Of a DNA stretch of 32,000 bases, positions 7,171 to 15,477 are shown piece after piece. A program made the position numbers and the translations under genes. The DNA is taken from assembly GCF_000015805.1 (NCBI RefSeq), contig NC_009073.1, positions 1,260,001-1,292,000 on the forward strand, read 5' to 3'. How positions within the stretch are numbered: position 1 is the first letter of the stretch; each line of letters starts with the position of its first letter. The notes below the pieces were generated by a model. It did no database searches, had not been told where the DNA came from, and worked only from the letters and a program-made list of their open reading frames with translations. This stretch comes from Pyrobaculum calidifontis JCM 11548. GTDB taxonomy: Archaea; Thermoproteota; Thermoprotei; Thermoproteales; Thermoproteaceae.

Positions 7171-7728
7171 TCAGCTTCTCGGAAATATGGATGCGCAGTC
7201 TACCTCCCCCCTCTTCAACTTGTCCACAAACCTCCTGTATTGGCCGTATACTTGGAGTATCCAGGTGTTGACCCCGGGTATTGGCGCGGGCTCTGTCTCT
7301 AGGACTTCGGCCACCTCCTCGGGTGAGAAGACCCTTAGGTAGTGGCAGGGCTCCTTTAGTATCAATACGCGCCTGTACTCTACCTCGTGGACGTGGGTTA
7401 TGGGGGTGCCCGGCGCCCCCTTTACCTTCGCCAAGAGGGGCACCACGTCGGCGAGGGAGATGTTGTTCTTGTGCCCCCTCGCCTTCCACTCTTCCACAAT
7501 GGCGTAGAAGTAGCCCACGAGGTCTCCCACGTAGGGCCTCCCCCCGTTGAAGTACATCAAGACCACGGGGTGGTTTAGCCACCCCCTGCGCCCATCCGCC
7601 AAGACGCCGAGCTTCCTCAAAATGGCCAGCAACACCTGCTTGGTCTCCACCCTCTGCTTCCCAAGCCTCCTGTCGTCTAACACCTTGGCCGACCTCGCCC
7701 AGTCTCGGTAGGGCCTAAAAATCTGCAC
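7171..7728 (-). CDS. Pyrimidine-dimer DNA glycosylase-like (Pyr_excise / MSMEG_6728-like) protein
   Basis: The N-terminus MQIFRPYRDWARSAKVLDDRRLGKQRVETKQVL matches, from memory, the conserved start of this family. GTG start lies about 25 nt downstream of CTTTAATAG. Confidence 0.55.
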   Translation of the reverse strand: MQIFRPYRDWARSAKVLDDRRLGKQRVETKQVLLAILRKLGVLADGRRGWLNHPVVLMYFNGGRPYVGDLVGYFYAIVEEWKARGHKNNISLADVVPLLAKVKGAPGTPITHVHEVEYRRVLILKEPCHYLRVFSPEEVAEVLETEPAPIPGVNTWILQVYGQYRRFVDKLKRGEVDCASIFPRS

Positions 7729-7828
7729 GCCTTAATGGGGGGCCGTAGCTATTAAAGCTCTCCGCCCGCTTTATCAGTTTGGGTAGAACGGGTAACAAAG
7801 TTTATATCTAGCGGACAAGGAGCTACAT

Positions 7829-8284
7829 ATGGATAAGTTGAATCTACTTGCGTGGGTTATGGTAAGGCTTGGAGTAACAGATAATGTAGTAGAAAGTAGC
7901 TTTCGGGCTAGGCTGAGGGTGCAGAAGGCCGTCTACCTACTGCAGGCCCTCGGCTTCCCCACCGGCTACGAGTTCAGCATGTACATACGGGGCCCCTACA
8001 GCCCGGAGCTAGCCAACGACTACATGGAGTTGGCCAGGGAGGGCCTCGTCCACGAGTACGCGAAATACGCGGAGGTGGACGAGGAGAAGTGGGGGCCCAT
8101 CGTAGACAAGCTCGCCGCAGAAGACGTGCTGGTCCTCGAAGTTGCTGCCACGTTGTACGACCTTCTCGATGCCGGTTGGCCTCTGGAGGAGGCAAAGGAG
8201 AGGGTAATGGAGCTCAAGCCCTACGCCACCGAGCGGCTGATAAATGCAGGCACGCGGCTGTTAAAGGAGCTGGGCCTAATGTAA
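7829..8284 (+). CDS. Hypothetical protein; weak resemblance to the SocA/Panacea (DUF4065)-type antitoxin core
   Basis: The motif LRVQKAVYLLQALGF...YIRGPYSPELANDY resembles the KlqKLlY...GPv.p.ly core. The TAATG overlap with the following PIN reading frame suggests a two-gene module. The functional call is low confidence. Confidence 0.5.
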   Translation: MDKLNLLAWVMVRLGVTDNVVESSFRARLRVQKAVYLLQALGFPTGYEFSMYIRGPYSPELANDYMELAREGLVHEYAKYAEVDEEKWGPIVDKLAAEDVLVLEVAATLYDLLDAGWPLEEAKERVMELKPYATERLINAGTRLLKELGLM

Positions 8285-8761
8285 TGCCCACGTATTGGCA
8301 CTTAGACACGTCGATACTCCTTGAAAGACGTATATTCGATTGCCTTACATATAAGATAAAGGAATTTAACATATAGAGTAAGCGTTGTGGCGCTTGGAGA
8401 ACTTCTCATTAAATACCGTGGTCTTCAGGATAAGAGTGAGCAGGAACATCTATGCGAAATAGCGGAATTAGTGGACAAGGTGATTCATCCATACGTTGTA
8501 ACACATAGAGAATGTCCTGAGGGGGGAGGGGACGCTTCATGTGATAACATTTCAAAAGTCTTACAGAAGGTTCTCGAGACGGATTACCACATTTCTGTCA
8601 ATGATGCACTGATCATAGCACATGCACTAGTGGATAAGGACTGTGCTGGACTAATTACTACGGACAGAAAGATACTACGCTCAGAGAGTTTGCACAAGCT
8701 TGCAAGAGAGTACGGCAAAAAGCTGGTAGGGCCAGAGCACTTGGGATGCGGCGGAGAATAG
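8284..8761 (+). pseudogene. PIN-domain (VapC-like) toxin gene interrupted by a frameshift
   Basis: N-terminal fragment MPTYWHLDTSILLE... (8284-8376, stop TAG). The rest is in the +1 frame (open from 8360): ...VSVVALGELL...NDALIIAHAL...LITTDRKIL. Together the two pieces carry the four PIN acidic positions (D, E, D, D). Both frames are open only across 8360-8373 (aggaatttaacata). Confidence 0.6.
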
Positions 8762-8766
8762 TCAAC

Positions 8767-9297
8767 CTAAAACTTGGCAGTGCCCACATCATCCAATATG
8801 GCCCGAGTCGCCCACTTCGCCAGGTAGTCCAGCCACTCCTCACGGTGGGGGTCAAATCGTCCCCAGAGACGGAGCGCCATGTCAACACCATGGGCCAAAT
8901 TGTCGAGACCCGACAGCTTGGGCTTGTTCTCGTCTACACGTTCCACCTTCTCTAGGAGCTCGGGGGATTTATAACCGCAACACTGGCGGTTGTTTTATCA
9001 GTTGTTGCTGAAGTGTGACAAACGCGTCATAAAGCAGGCTGGCAGGCTGGGGGTCTCTTATGCGCACTACGCTGTCAATAAACCGCTTCGGCGCCTTTGT
9101 GGCCTCGCGCCTAGCCTTCTCCGACTCGCTATACGTGTAGACCCGCTGGTGGGTCTCAGGCGTCAAGGCCCAGCCGACATGGTTAGGAATTCACTAATAT
9201 CTTAGATAGTCGCGTACGGTTTGCGGCATATTGCCATCCGCTGTAGCACGGGCGCGAAACAGCTCAATATCCTCCCTGGTGACTGTGTAGGCTGGCT
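8767..9297 (-). pseudogene. Decayed gene of unknown family, readable in three successive frames
   Basis: There are three protein-like minus-strand segments. A: ...EPAYTVTREDIELFRARATADGNMPQTVRDYLRY* (about 9331-9200). B: ...HVGWALTPETHQRVYTYSESEKARREATKAPKRFIDSVVRIRDPQ... (to 8969). C: ...ELLEKVERVDENKPKLSGLDNLAHGVDMALRLWGRFDPHREEWLDYLAKWATRAILDDVGTAKF* (to 8767). None of them is a complete ORF. Confidence 0.4.
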
Positions 9298-9630
9298 CTA
9301 GTTGCAGGCCCGGGAGCAACCCGACAGCTCCTTAATCACGTGCTCGCGCCGGGTCTTGCTCCGCAGGGCCTTGGCTATGACGTTTACGGCTTGGGCAATG
9401 TCGAGCTGGGAGAGCGGGAGCTCCGGCAGACACCGGTCCATGGCCTCTCCTAGAGATTGATATAGGCGTTCCAACTTGTCCGCAGTGGGGGTGTTTTTGC
9501 CAGAGTGCCATTGGCTCACTGCCGCTGGGGAGACGCCGGCGGCCCGTGCAATATCGCTAATGCCATACTCCAGTTCCTCTACGAGACATCTAATGACGCC
9601 AGCCCTCTCCTCTGGGGTTATCTGTACCAT
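9298..9630 (-). CDS. Helix-turn-helix (XRE-like) DNA-binding protein
   Basis: ISDIARAAGVSPAAVSQWHSGKNTP is a classic HTH_3-type helix-turn-helix. ATG 9630 (MVQITPEE) is preferred over the longer ORF. Confidence 0.7.
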   Translation of the reverse strand: MVQITPEERAGVIRCLVEELEYGISDIARAAGVSPAAVSQWHSGKNTPTADKLERLYQSLGEAMDRCLPELPLSQLDIAQAVNVIAKALRSKTRREHVIKELSGCSRACN

Positions 9631-9792
9631 ATTTGAACCGCCGCTGTAGGGATAATAGTTTGTGCTTTTAACTTTAACGCTCGTGAAACTTAAGAACATG
9701 CGGCTATATAAGCCCGCTCCCGCCGAGCGTTGGCGGGGGCTCCGGCGCCCAGCGCCTTAGTTAAGCTTTTATACACTTGGCGAGGTGGAGGT

Positions 9793-10032
9793 GTGGAGGA
9801 GTACAGAGTGAGGGTGACTAAGAATTTTCACATCGCAATCCCCGCGCCTATTAGGGATAAGCTTGGCTTGCGGGCAGGGGACAGCCTTATTGTGAGGCTT
9901 GAGGGAGACCGGATCATCGTTGAGAAGCCCAAGGGCGACGTCACAGCGTTGAGGATTAGGCTCGGCCAGAGAGTGGACTGGCGCCTCGTGGAAGAGGCCG
10001 TGGCAGAGGCCGCGGAGCGTACTACCGATTAG
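9793..10032 (+). CDS. AbrB/SpoVT/MazE-type (swapped-hairpin) DNA-binding protein, orphan antitoxin-like
   Basis: RVTKNFHIAIPAPIRDKLGLRAGDSLIVRLEGDRIIVEK is the AbrB-like fold signature. GTG 9793 lies about 25 nt downstream of AAGCTTTTATACA. No toxin gene follows it. Confidence 0.7.
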   Translation: MEEYRVRVTKNFHIAIPAPIRDKLGLRAGDSLIVRLEGDRIIVEKPKGDVTALRIRLGQRVDWRLVEEAVAEAAERTTD

Positions 10033-10178
10033 GACGTGTTTAGCTACTACTTTTGGGTATGAGTCTTGTGCGGAGTAGTTGACGTATAACAAGGGCTTCC
10101 GGCCACTAGGTCTCTATATATTCCGAATATTAATCTATATATGCGAACGAATAAATATTCAATCTATGAAACAAGCAT

Positions 10179-11474
10179 ATGAGCAGGACAGGTTTAATAG
10201 TAAGCGTGGTTGTAATACTGATAATTCTAGGCGTAATTGTTGCATGGCTTGCGTCACAGGGCGCGCCTCCGGCAACTCCCACGCCTGCCCCAACTCAAAC
10301 TGCCTCTCCAACTCCTACTCCGACTCCTGCCCCGGCTAAGGTGAAGATTAGGATTTGGGGACCTTGGTCGGGGGCTGAGTATGAGTACTTTAAGCAAGTC
10401 CTCGACGAGTATCAGAGGCTTAATCCAAATGTGGAGTTTGAATATGTCACTAGGAGGGCTGAGGATATTGCCCAAATTCTGCCTACTCAGCTTGAGGCTA
10501 GGCAGGCGCCTGCCGATGTCATTTTCACGTCTTTTGGCTGGTTTGTGGTCGAGATGGCTAAGAGGGGCCACCTCGTGGATTTGACTAACGTTGTTAACGA
10601 GGCGGAGTTTGTGCCTGGGATTCTCGACGGCGTGAAGTACGACGGCAAGATCTGGGCCGCGCCTTTTACCATGTCGTTGAAGCCGGGCTTCTGGTATAGG
10701 AAGTCCTTCTTCCAGAGGTATGGCCTTTCTGAGCCGCAGACGTGGGATGAGTTTGTCCAGCTCTTGGAGAAGCTTAAGGGCGTGCAGGGCGTCAAGGCGC
10801 CCATTGCCTCTGGCGACGGAGTTGGGTGGCCTCTTTCCGACGTCACTGAGGCCTTTATAATAGCGTACGCTGGTCCCGACGTGTTTAAGGGGCTGATTGA
10901 TGGCAGTGTAAAATTCACAGACCCCAGGGTTGTGGCCGTTTTTAGAGATAGGCTGGTGCCGCTTTTGAAGAAGGGATACTTTGGCGAGCCGACGGAGTGG
11001 ACTGCGGCTGTGCAACAGTGGTGGAATGGGGAGTATGGCATCTACTTCATGGGCACTTGGATCTTGGGCATGGTGGATAACCCAGACGATGTGGGCTTCT
11101 TCCCCATGCCGGAGACTAGGGGGATAACTGGGGGCACTGACTACATATTTGTGCCAAAGTACTCTCCCAACGTGGAGGCGGCTGTGGAGTTTGTGAAGTG
11201 GCTCGCCACTAAGGGGCAGGAGGTCCACGCCTCTACTAAGGCTGGGAAGGTGCCGTCGTGGCTTAAGGCCGATCCCAACAAGATTTGGCCGCCTTTGAAG
11301 GCCGTGTATGAGAAGACTGTGGGCAAGGGCATGGTGCTTCTCCCCGACCTTGACGACAGCGTTGGCGGCGATTGGCAGAAGCTCTTCTGGGACCAGTTGA
11401 AGCTTCTGTGGGTGCAGCCTGACAAGTGGCAGGACGTTGTTAACACCTTGGCGGCTAACTTCCCCGCTAAATGA
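10179..11474 (+). CDS. CUT1-family sugar ABC transporter substrate-binding protein, membrane-anchored with a Thr/Pro linker
   Basis: N-terminal TM helix, then the PPATPTPAPTQTASPTPTPTPAPA linker, then a family-1 solute-binding domain (IWGPWSGAEYEYFKQVLDEYQRLNPNVEFEYV...). Confidence 0.9.
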   Translation: MSRTGLIVSVVVILIILGVIVAWLASQGAPPATPTPAPTQTASPTPTPTPAPAKVKIRIWGPWSGAEYEYFKQVLDEYQRLNPNVEFEYVTRRAEDIAQILPTQLEARQAPADVIFTSFGWFVVEMAKRGHLVDLTNVVNEAEFVPGILDGVKYDGKIWAAPFTMSLKPGFWYRKSFFQRYGLSEPQTWDEFVQLLEKLKGVQGVKAPIASGDGVGWPLSDVTEAFIIAYAGPDVFKGLIDGSVKFTDPRVVAVFRDRLVPLLKKGYFGEPTEWTAAVQQWWNGEYGIYFMGTWILGMVDNPDDVGFFPMPETRGITGGTDYIFVPKYSPNVEAAVEFVKWLATKGQEVHASTKAGKVPSWLKADPNKIWPPLKAVYEKTVGKGMVLLPDLDDSVGGDWQKLFWDQLKLLWVQPDKWQDVVNTLAANFPAK

Positions 11475-12337
11475 GGCAGTACCTAGTTTTTTTGGTTGCC
11501 CCGCTTGTTTTTCTTGCCGTTTTTACCTTCTACCCCGCCGTGGCTACCTTTGTCTATAGCTTCTACACCGGCGGGGGGTTTGGCTTTGACAATTATGCGA
11601 AAGTTTTAACTGACACAAATCCGCTGAGGGCGTTGGTGTTGCCGACTCTCTCGGGCACGCCTCCTTGGGGGGCGCTGGTGCACAATGTGGTGTGGATCGC
11701 CATACACGTCCCCGTGGTCACTGTGCTGGGCCTCTTGTTGGCCTTTGTTCTTAAGTACTACGTGGTGGGTAGCAACGTGGTGAAGGGGGTGGTGTTTTTG
11801 GGTATGGTGGTGCCTCCGGCCGTCAGTGGGCTGATTATCAGATTTATGTTTGACAGGGATATCGGCCTAGTCCCAATGTTTTTCTCCGCGCTTGGGGTGA
11901 AAGAGCTGGCGGTGACGTGGATCGCCTATCCTGGCCTGGCCCTCTACGCGTTGATTCTGGGCTCGGTGTGGGTTTGGCTTGGGTTTTCTGTGACTATCTT
12001 CGCCGCGGCTCTCGAGGCTGTGCCTAAGAGCCACATAGAGGCGGCGAGGGTATTCGGCGCATCTAGTTGGCAGATCTTCCGCAGAGTTGTTGTGCCCGAG
12101 GTGCGGCCGGCGATTATCATTGTGGTGGTGATGACCGTGTTGTGGGACATGAAGATTTTCGACGTGGTTTTTGCCTCCACTGGCGGGGGGCCCGGCGGGG
12201 CCACCAACGTCTTGGCCCTGGTCATGTACAACTACTTTGCCAGACTTTTGGACTACTACCGGTCGGCGGCTGTGGCAGTAATATTGACTTTGCTCGTGGT
12301 CCCCGCCATTGTCGTGGCCATTAAGAGGTGGCTATGA
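11471..12337 (+). CDS. Sugar ABC transporter permease (MalF-like)
   Basis: ATGA overlap with the upstream gene. Six TM segments and an EAA loop (EAARVFGASSWQIFRRVVVPEVRPA). Confidence 0.9.
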   Translation: MRQYLVFLVAPLVFLAVFTFYPAVATFVYSFYTGGGFGFDNYAKVLTDTNPLRALVLPTLSGTPPWGALVHNVVWIAIHVPVVTVLGLLLAFVLKYYVVGSNVVKGVVFLGMVVPPAVSGLIIRFMFDRDIGLVPMFFSALGVKELAVTWIAYPGLALYALILGSVWVWLGFSVTIFAAALEAVPKSHIEAARVFGASSWQIFRRVVVPEVRPAIIIVVVMTVLWDMKIFDVVFASTGGGPGGATNVLALVMYNYFARLLDYYRSAAVAVILTLLVVPAIVVAIKRWL

Positions 12338-13197
12338 AGAGGCTCTACTTGGCGCTGTTGAACGCGGCCGTTTGGCTATTCGCCGTTTTGTGGACTTTGC
12401 CCTTCGTGGGCTTACTCATGCTCTCCCTGCTCCCGTACAGCGAAGTTGTGACAAAGGGGTGGCTTAGGTTGCCGGAGCCGGGGAGTGTTACGTTGAAGAA
12501 CTACGTCGAGGCATTGTTTAACCCTCTTTATGACCTCGCCGCGGGGTTTAGGAACTCGCTTATTGTTGCCTCTGCGTCTACGGCCATTGCGCTGGGCGCG
12601 GCGGCGCTGTTGGCATACGCCTTTGTCAATCTGCCGTTTCCTATGAAGACTTTTATATTTACCTTGATAATCTTTGTAATGATGGCCCCGCAGCAGATCT
12701 CGGTGGTGCCCTTGTTCTTTCTCTATAACTGGCTGGATCAAAGCCTTGGGCCATACGGCGTCAAGTTCTACGACTCTCTGCTGGGCATAATTCTGCTTCA
12801 CAGCGCGTGGGGCACTGCCTGGGCCACCTTCTTCTTGCGCAACTACTTCGCCCTTATCCCAAGGAGCCTTGTAGAGGCGGCGAAGGTGGACGGGGCCAGG
12901 GACTGGGCTATCTTCCGCAGGGTGGTGCTCCCATTGGCTAAGCCCGGCATCGTGGCCGCAGCTCTGCTACAGTACACATGGGTTTGGAACGACCTCTTCT
13001 ACGCCTTGGTCTTCCTCTCCTCGCCCTTTAACCAGGTGATTACTCAGAAGGTGGTGTTTCTCAAGGGCGAGTACCACGTGGATTGGGGCCTTCTCTCCGC
13101 GGGCTCTGTTGTCACAATGCTCACGCCGCTTGTCTTATACGTGGTGTTTAACAAGTACTTTGTGAGAGGCGTCGCCGGGTGGGGGGTGAAGCGATGA
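12334..13197 (+). CDS. Sugar ABC transporter permease (MalG-like)
   Basis: ATGA overlap at 12334-12337. EAA loop EAAKVDGARDWAIFRRVVLPLAKPG. Confidence 0.9.
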   Translation: MKRLYLALLNAAVWLFAVLWTLPFVGLLMLSLLPYSEVVTKGWLRLPEPGSVTLKNYVEALFNPLYDLAAGFRNSLIVASASTAIALGAAALLAYAFVNLPFPMKTFIFTLIIFVMMAPQQISVVPLFFLYNWLDQSLGPYGVKFYDSLLGIILLHSAWGTAWATFFLRNYFALIPRSLVEAAKVDGARDWAIFRRVVLPLAKPGIVAAALLQYTWVWNDLFYALVFLSSPFNQVITQKVVFLKGEYHVDWGLLSAGSVVTMLTPLVLYVVFNKYFVRGVAGWGVKR

Positions 13198-14291
13198 CGT
13201 TCGTCGTATTGGACAGGGTCACCAAGCGGTTTGGAAACGTCGTGGCAGTGGACAACGTCTCGCTTGAGGTGAAGAAGGGGGAGTTCGTCGTATTTCTGGG
13301 GCCCTCTGGGTGTGGGAAAACGACTACGCTCAGAATTATAGCTGGCCTAGAGAGGCCGACTAGCGGCCGAGTCTACATCGACGGTGTGGATGTCACCGAT
13401 TTAGAGCCGGGAGAACGCGATGTGGCTATGGTCTTCCAAGACTACGCCATTTACCCCCACATGACGGTTTTTCAGAACATAGCCTTCCCCCTCGAGGTTA
13501 ATAAGAAGAAGCTCCGCCTCACGCCTAGGGACATTAGAGAGCGGGTGGAGCGGGTGGCCAAGATGTTGCAGATTGACCATCTGCTGAATAGGAAGGCTTC
13601 CCAGCTGAGCGGGGGGCAACAGCAGAGGGTGGCGCTGGCGAGGGCCTTGGTTAGAGAGCCCAAGGTGTGGCTTATGGACGAGCCTCTCTCAAACCTAGAC
13701 GCGTTGATTAGGCTCCAGGTCAGGGCTGAGTTAAAGAGGCTACAGAGGGACCTTGGCATTACCACTATCTACGTCACTCACGACCAAGTGGAGGCCTTGA
13801 CTCTCGCCGACAGAATCGCGGTGATGAACGCTGGGCGAGTGGTGCAGTACGCCCCGCCGGGGGAGATTTACGACGAGCCTCAGCACATGTTTGTGGCAAC
13901 TTTCGTGGGCAACCCGCCGATGAACGTTCTCAAGTGCACTCCCGCCGGCGAAGTGCTTAAGTGCCCTGGCTTTGAGCTAAGGAACCCCGGCGTGAGCCAG
14001 CCGGTCTACTTCGGCATTCGTCCGGAGTACATAGAGTGGTCCCCCAAGCATGTGGAGGGCGCGGTCAAGGGCGTGGTGTATGTAGTAGAGCCCATAGGCT
14101 CAGAGTACATCATAAATGTGACTCTGGGGAACACCTTGATAAAGGTAAAGACGTTTAGAGAGGTCGCGCTGAGGCCAGGCGATGAGATATACCTAAGGTT
14201 TAACTTAAGAAAGGCCAAGATCTTTGACGAAGCCACTGGTAAGCTTCTCTTGTCCGCGGTTGAGTCGGCTACACTCGGTGGCGCTTTGTGA
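13194..14291 (+). CDS. Sugar ABC transporter ATP-binding protein (MalK-like, with a C-terminal regulatory/TOBE-like domain)
   Basis: ATGA overlap at 13194-13197. Walker A GPSGCGKTT, signature LSGGQQQRV, Walker B VWLMDEPLSNLD. Confidence 0.92.
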   Translation: MTFVVLDRVTKRFGNVVAVDNVSLEVKKGEFVVFLGPSGCGKTTTLRIIAGLERPTSGRVYIDGVDVTDLEPGERDVAMVFQDYAIYPHMTVFQNIAFPLEVNKKKLRLTPRDIRERVERVAKMLQIDHLLNRKASQLSGGQQQRVALARALVREPKVWLMDEPLSNLDALIRLQVRAELKRLQRDLGITTIYVTHDQVEALTLADRIAVMNAGRVVQYAPPGEIYDEPQHMFVATFVGNPPMNVLKCTPAGEVLKCPGFELRNPGVSQPVYFGIRPEYIEWSPKHVEGAVKGVVYVVEPIGSEYIINVTLGNTLIKVKTFREVALRPGDEIYLRFNLRKAKIFDEATGKLLLSAVESATLGGAL

Positions 14292-15477
14292 CGAAGGCGA
14301 TGGCCATTAGGTAGCGCCTGAGCTGGTGGGTGATTAGGAAGTTTCTTCTCACGTGTTCTCTCCCAGCCCTCCCCATCTCCTCCCTTATCTTGGGCTCACG
14401 GAGTAGGAACACCGTGTAGTGAGCCGCCGTGCGGGGCGTGGTGGCTAAAAAGCCGGTGACGCCGTGGATTACTTGTATTTTTATCCCCCCGGCTCTCCCG
14501 CCTATTACAGGCTTCTTTTTCCACAGGGCCTCGCTTACTGTTAGGCCGAAGCCCTCTCTTATGGACTTCTGCATTACTACGTCGGCGGCGCGTTGAAAGG
14601 CGTTTACCTCTAGGTGGCTGTCGGGGGGTAGCATGAGGAGGTGTATGTCTTTGTCGCCTCCCGCCGCCTTGACTGTCTCTCTGTACACGGCCTCGCCCTC
14701 TGGGTCGTCGTGGGCTGGGCTCCCCAGGTAGACCAGCTGGAGGTCTGGCACGTGGCGCTTGGCGTATTTGTACGCCTGTATGACGCCGAGGGGGTCCTTG
14801 GCCCAGTCGAAGCGGGAGACTTGTAGGAGGAGGGGCCTCTCGGGGTCTACGTCGAATTTCTTCAACACCCTCTCCACTGTGGTGTGGGGGATTTCGCGGT
14901 TCTTGGGGCTGAGGGGGTCTATGGAGGGGGGTATTGCGAGCTGTGGTATTTCTAGGTCGTCTCTGGCGAATTCGGGTATGTGGAAGATGGCGGCGTGGTA
15001 CTGCGAGACGTAGCGCCTTAGGAACGTCCACACCTCTGGGTGGGGGGTGGACAAGTCGATGTGGCAGCGCCATATCCACCAGCCCCTCTTCCTATACTTG
15101 ACGAGGCCGGCCGGCTGGGGGTCGTGGATGAACACCACGTCGTAGTCTAAGTCGAGCTCGTTGGCGTTTATCTCCTGCCACTTCTCATACACCTGGTATA
15201 GGTGGGGCGGAACCTCCACCGCCTTCCCCATTTGGAGGGCGTTGTGGAAGGTCTTGGTGGCGGTGAAAAACTCCTCGTCTCCCCTTATCACCTTCCAGTC
15301 GGCGCGTAGCCCCAGCTCTCTCATGAGGGGGATCATCCGTTGCAGGATCTCCGCGACGCCGCCCCCCGCGGCAGTGGAGTTGACGTGGAGTATGGATAAG
15401 TCGCTCAGCCTCTGGGCCAGCTTGTATATGGCGTCTATCTCCTGCTCTCCCACGAACTCGGCGTATTTCTCAATCAT
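14269..15477 (-). CDS. treT: Trehalose glycosyltransferring synthase TreT (GT4)
   Basis: Long collinear blocks match TreT as I recall it from Thermococcales and Thermoproteus: HVNSTAAGGGVAEIL, TKTFHNALQ, HDPQPAGL, WRCHIDLS, PPSIDPLSPKN, QVSRFDWAKDP, AHDDPEG, EVNAFQRAADVVMQKSIREGFGLTVSEALWKKKPVIGGRAGGIKIQ. Confidence 0.88.
   Translation of the reverse strand: MIEKYAEFVGEQEIDAIYKLAQRLSDLSILHVNSTAAGGGVAEILQRMIPLMRELGLRADWKVIRGDEEFFTATKTFHNALQMGKAVEVPPHLYQVYEKWQEINANELDLDYDVVFIHDPQPAGLVKYRKRGWWIWRCHIDLSTPHPEVWTFLRRYVSQYHAAIFHIPEFARDDLEIPQLAIPPSIDPLSPKNREIPHTTVERVLKKFDVDPERPLLLQVSRFDWAKDPLGVIQAYKYAKRHVPDLQLVYLGSPAHDDPEGEAVYRETVKAAGGDKDIHLLMLPPDSHLEVNAFQRAADVVMQKSIREGFGLTVSEALWKKKPVIGGRAGGIKIQVIHGVTGFLATTPRTAAHYTVFLLREPKIREEMGRAGREHVRRNFLITHQLRRYLMAIAFVTKRHRV

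Noticed and set aside
8767-9331. SSV-type partitioned integrase (int(N)/int(C)) marking an integrated virus or plasmid
   Set aside because: Only the first fragment vaguely resembles an integrase N-terminal segment. No R..HxxR..Y catalytic residues, no tRNA gene and no att-like direct repeats were found nearby.
10254-11228. 324-aa minus-strand ORF (and 10487-11041) opposite the sugar-binding protein gene
   Set aside because: Antisense shadow ORFs with an R/P/S/L-rich composition. The plus-strand product is a well-formed family-1 solute-binding protein.
14396-15079. 227-aa alternative-frame ORF on the same strand within treT
   Set aside because: It is extremely Arg/Pro-rich (runs such as PRRPRGRGR), while the treT frame matches a known enzyme family along its full length.
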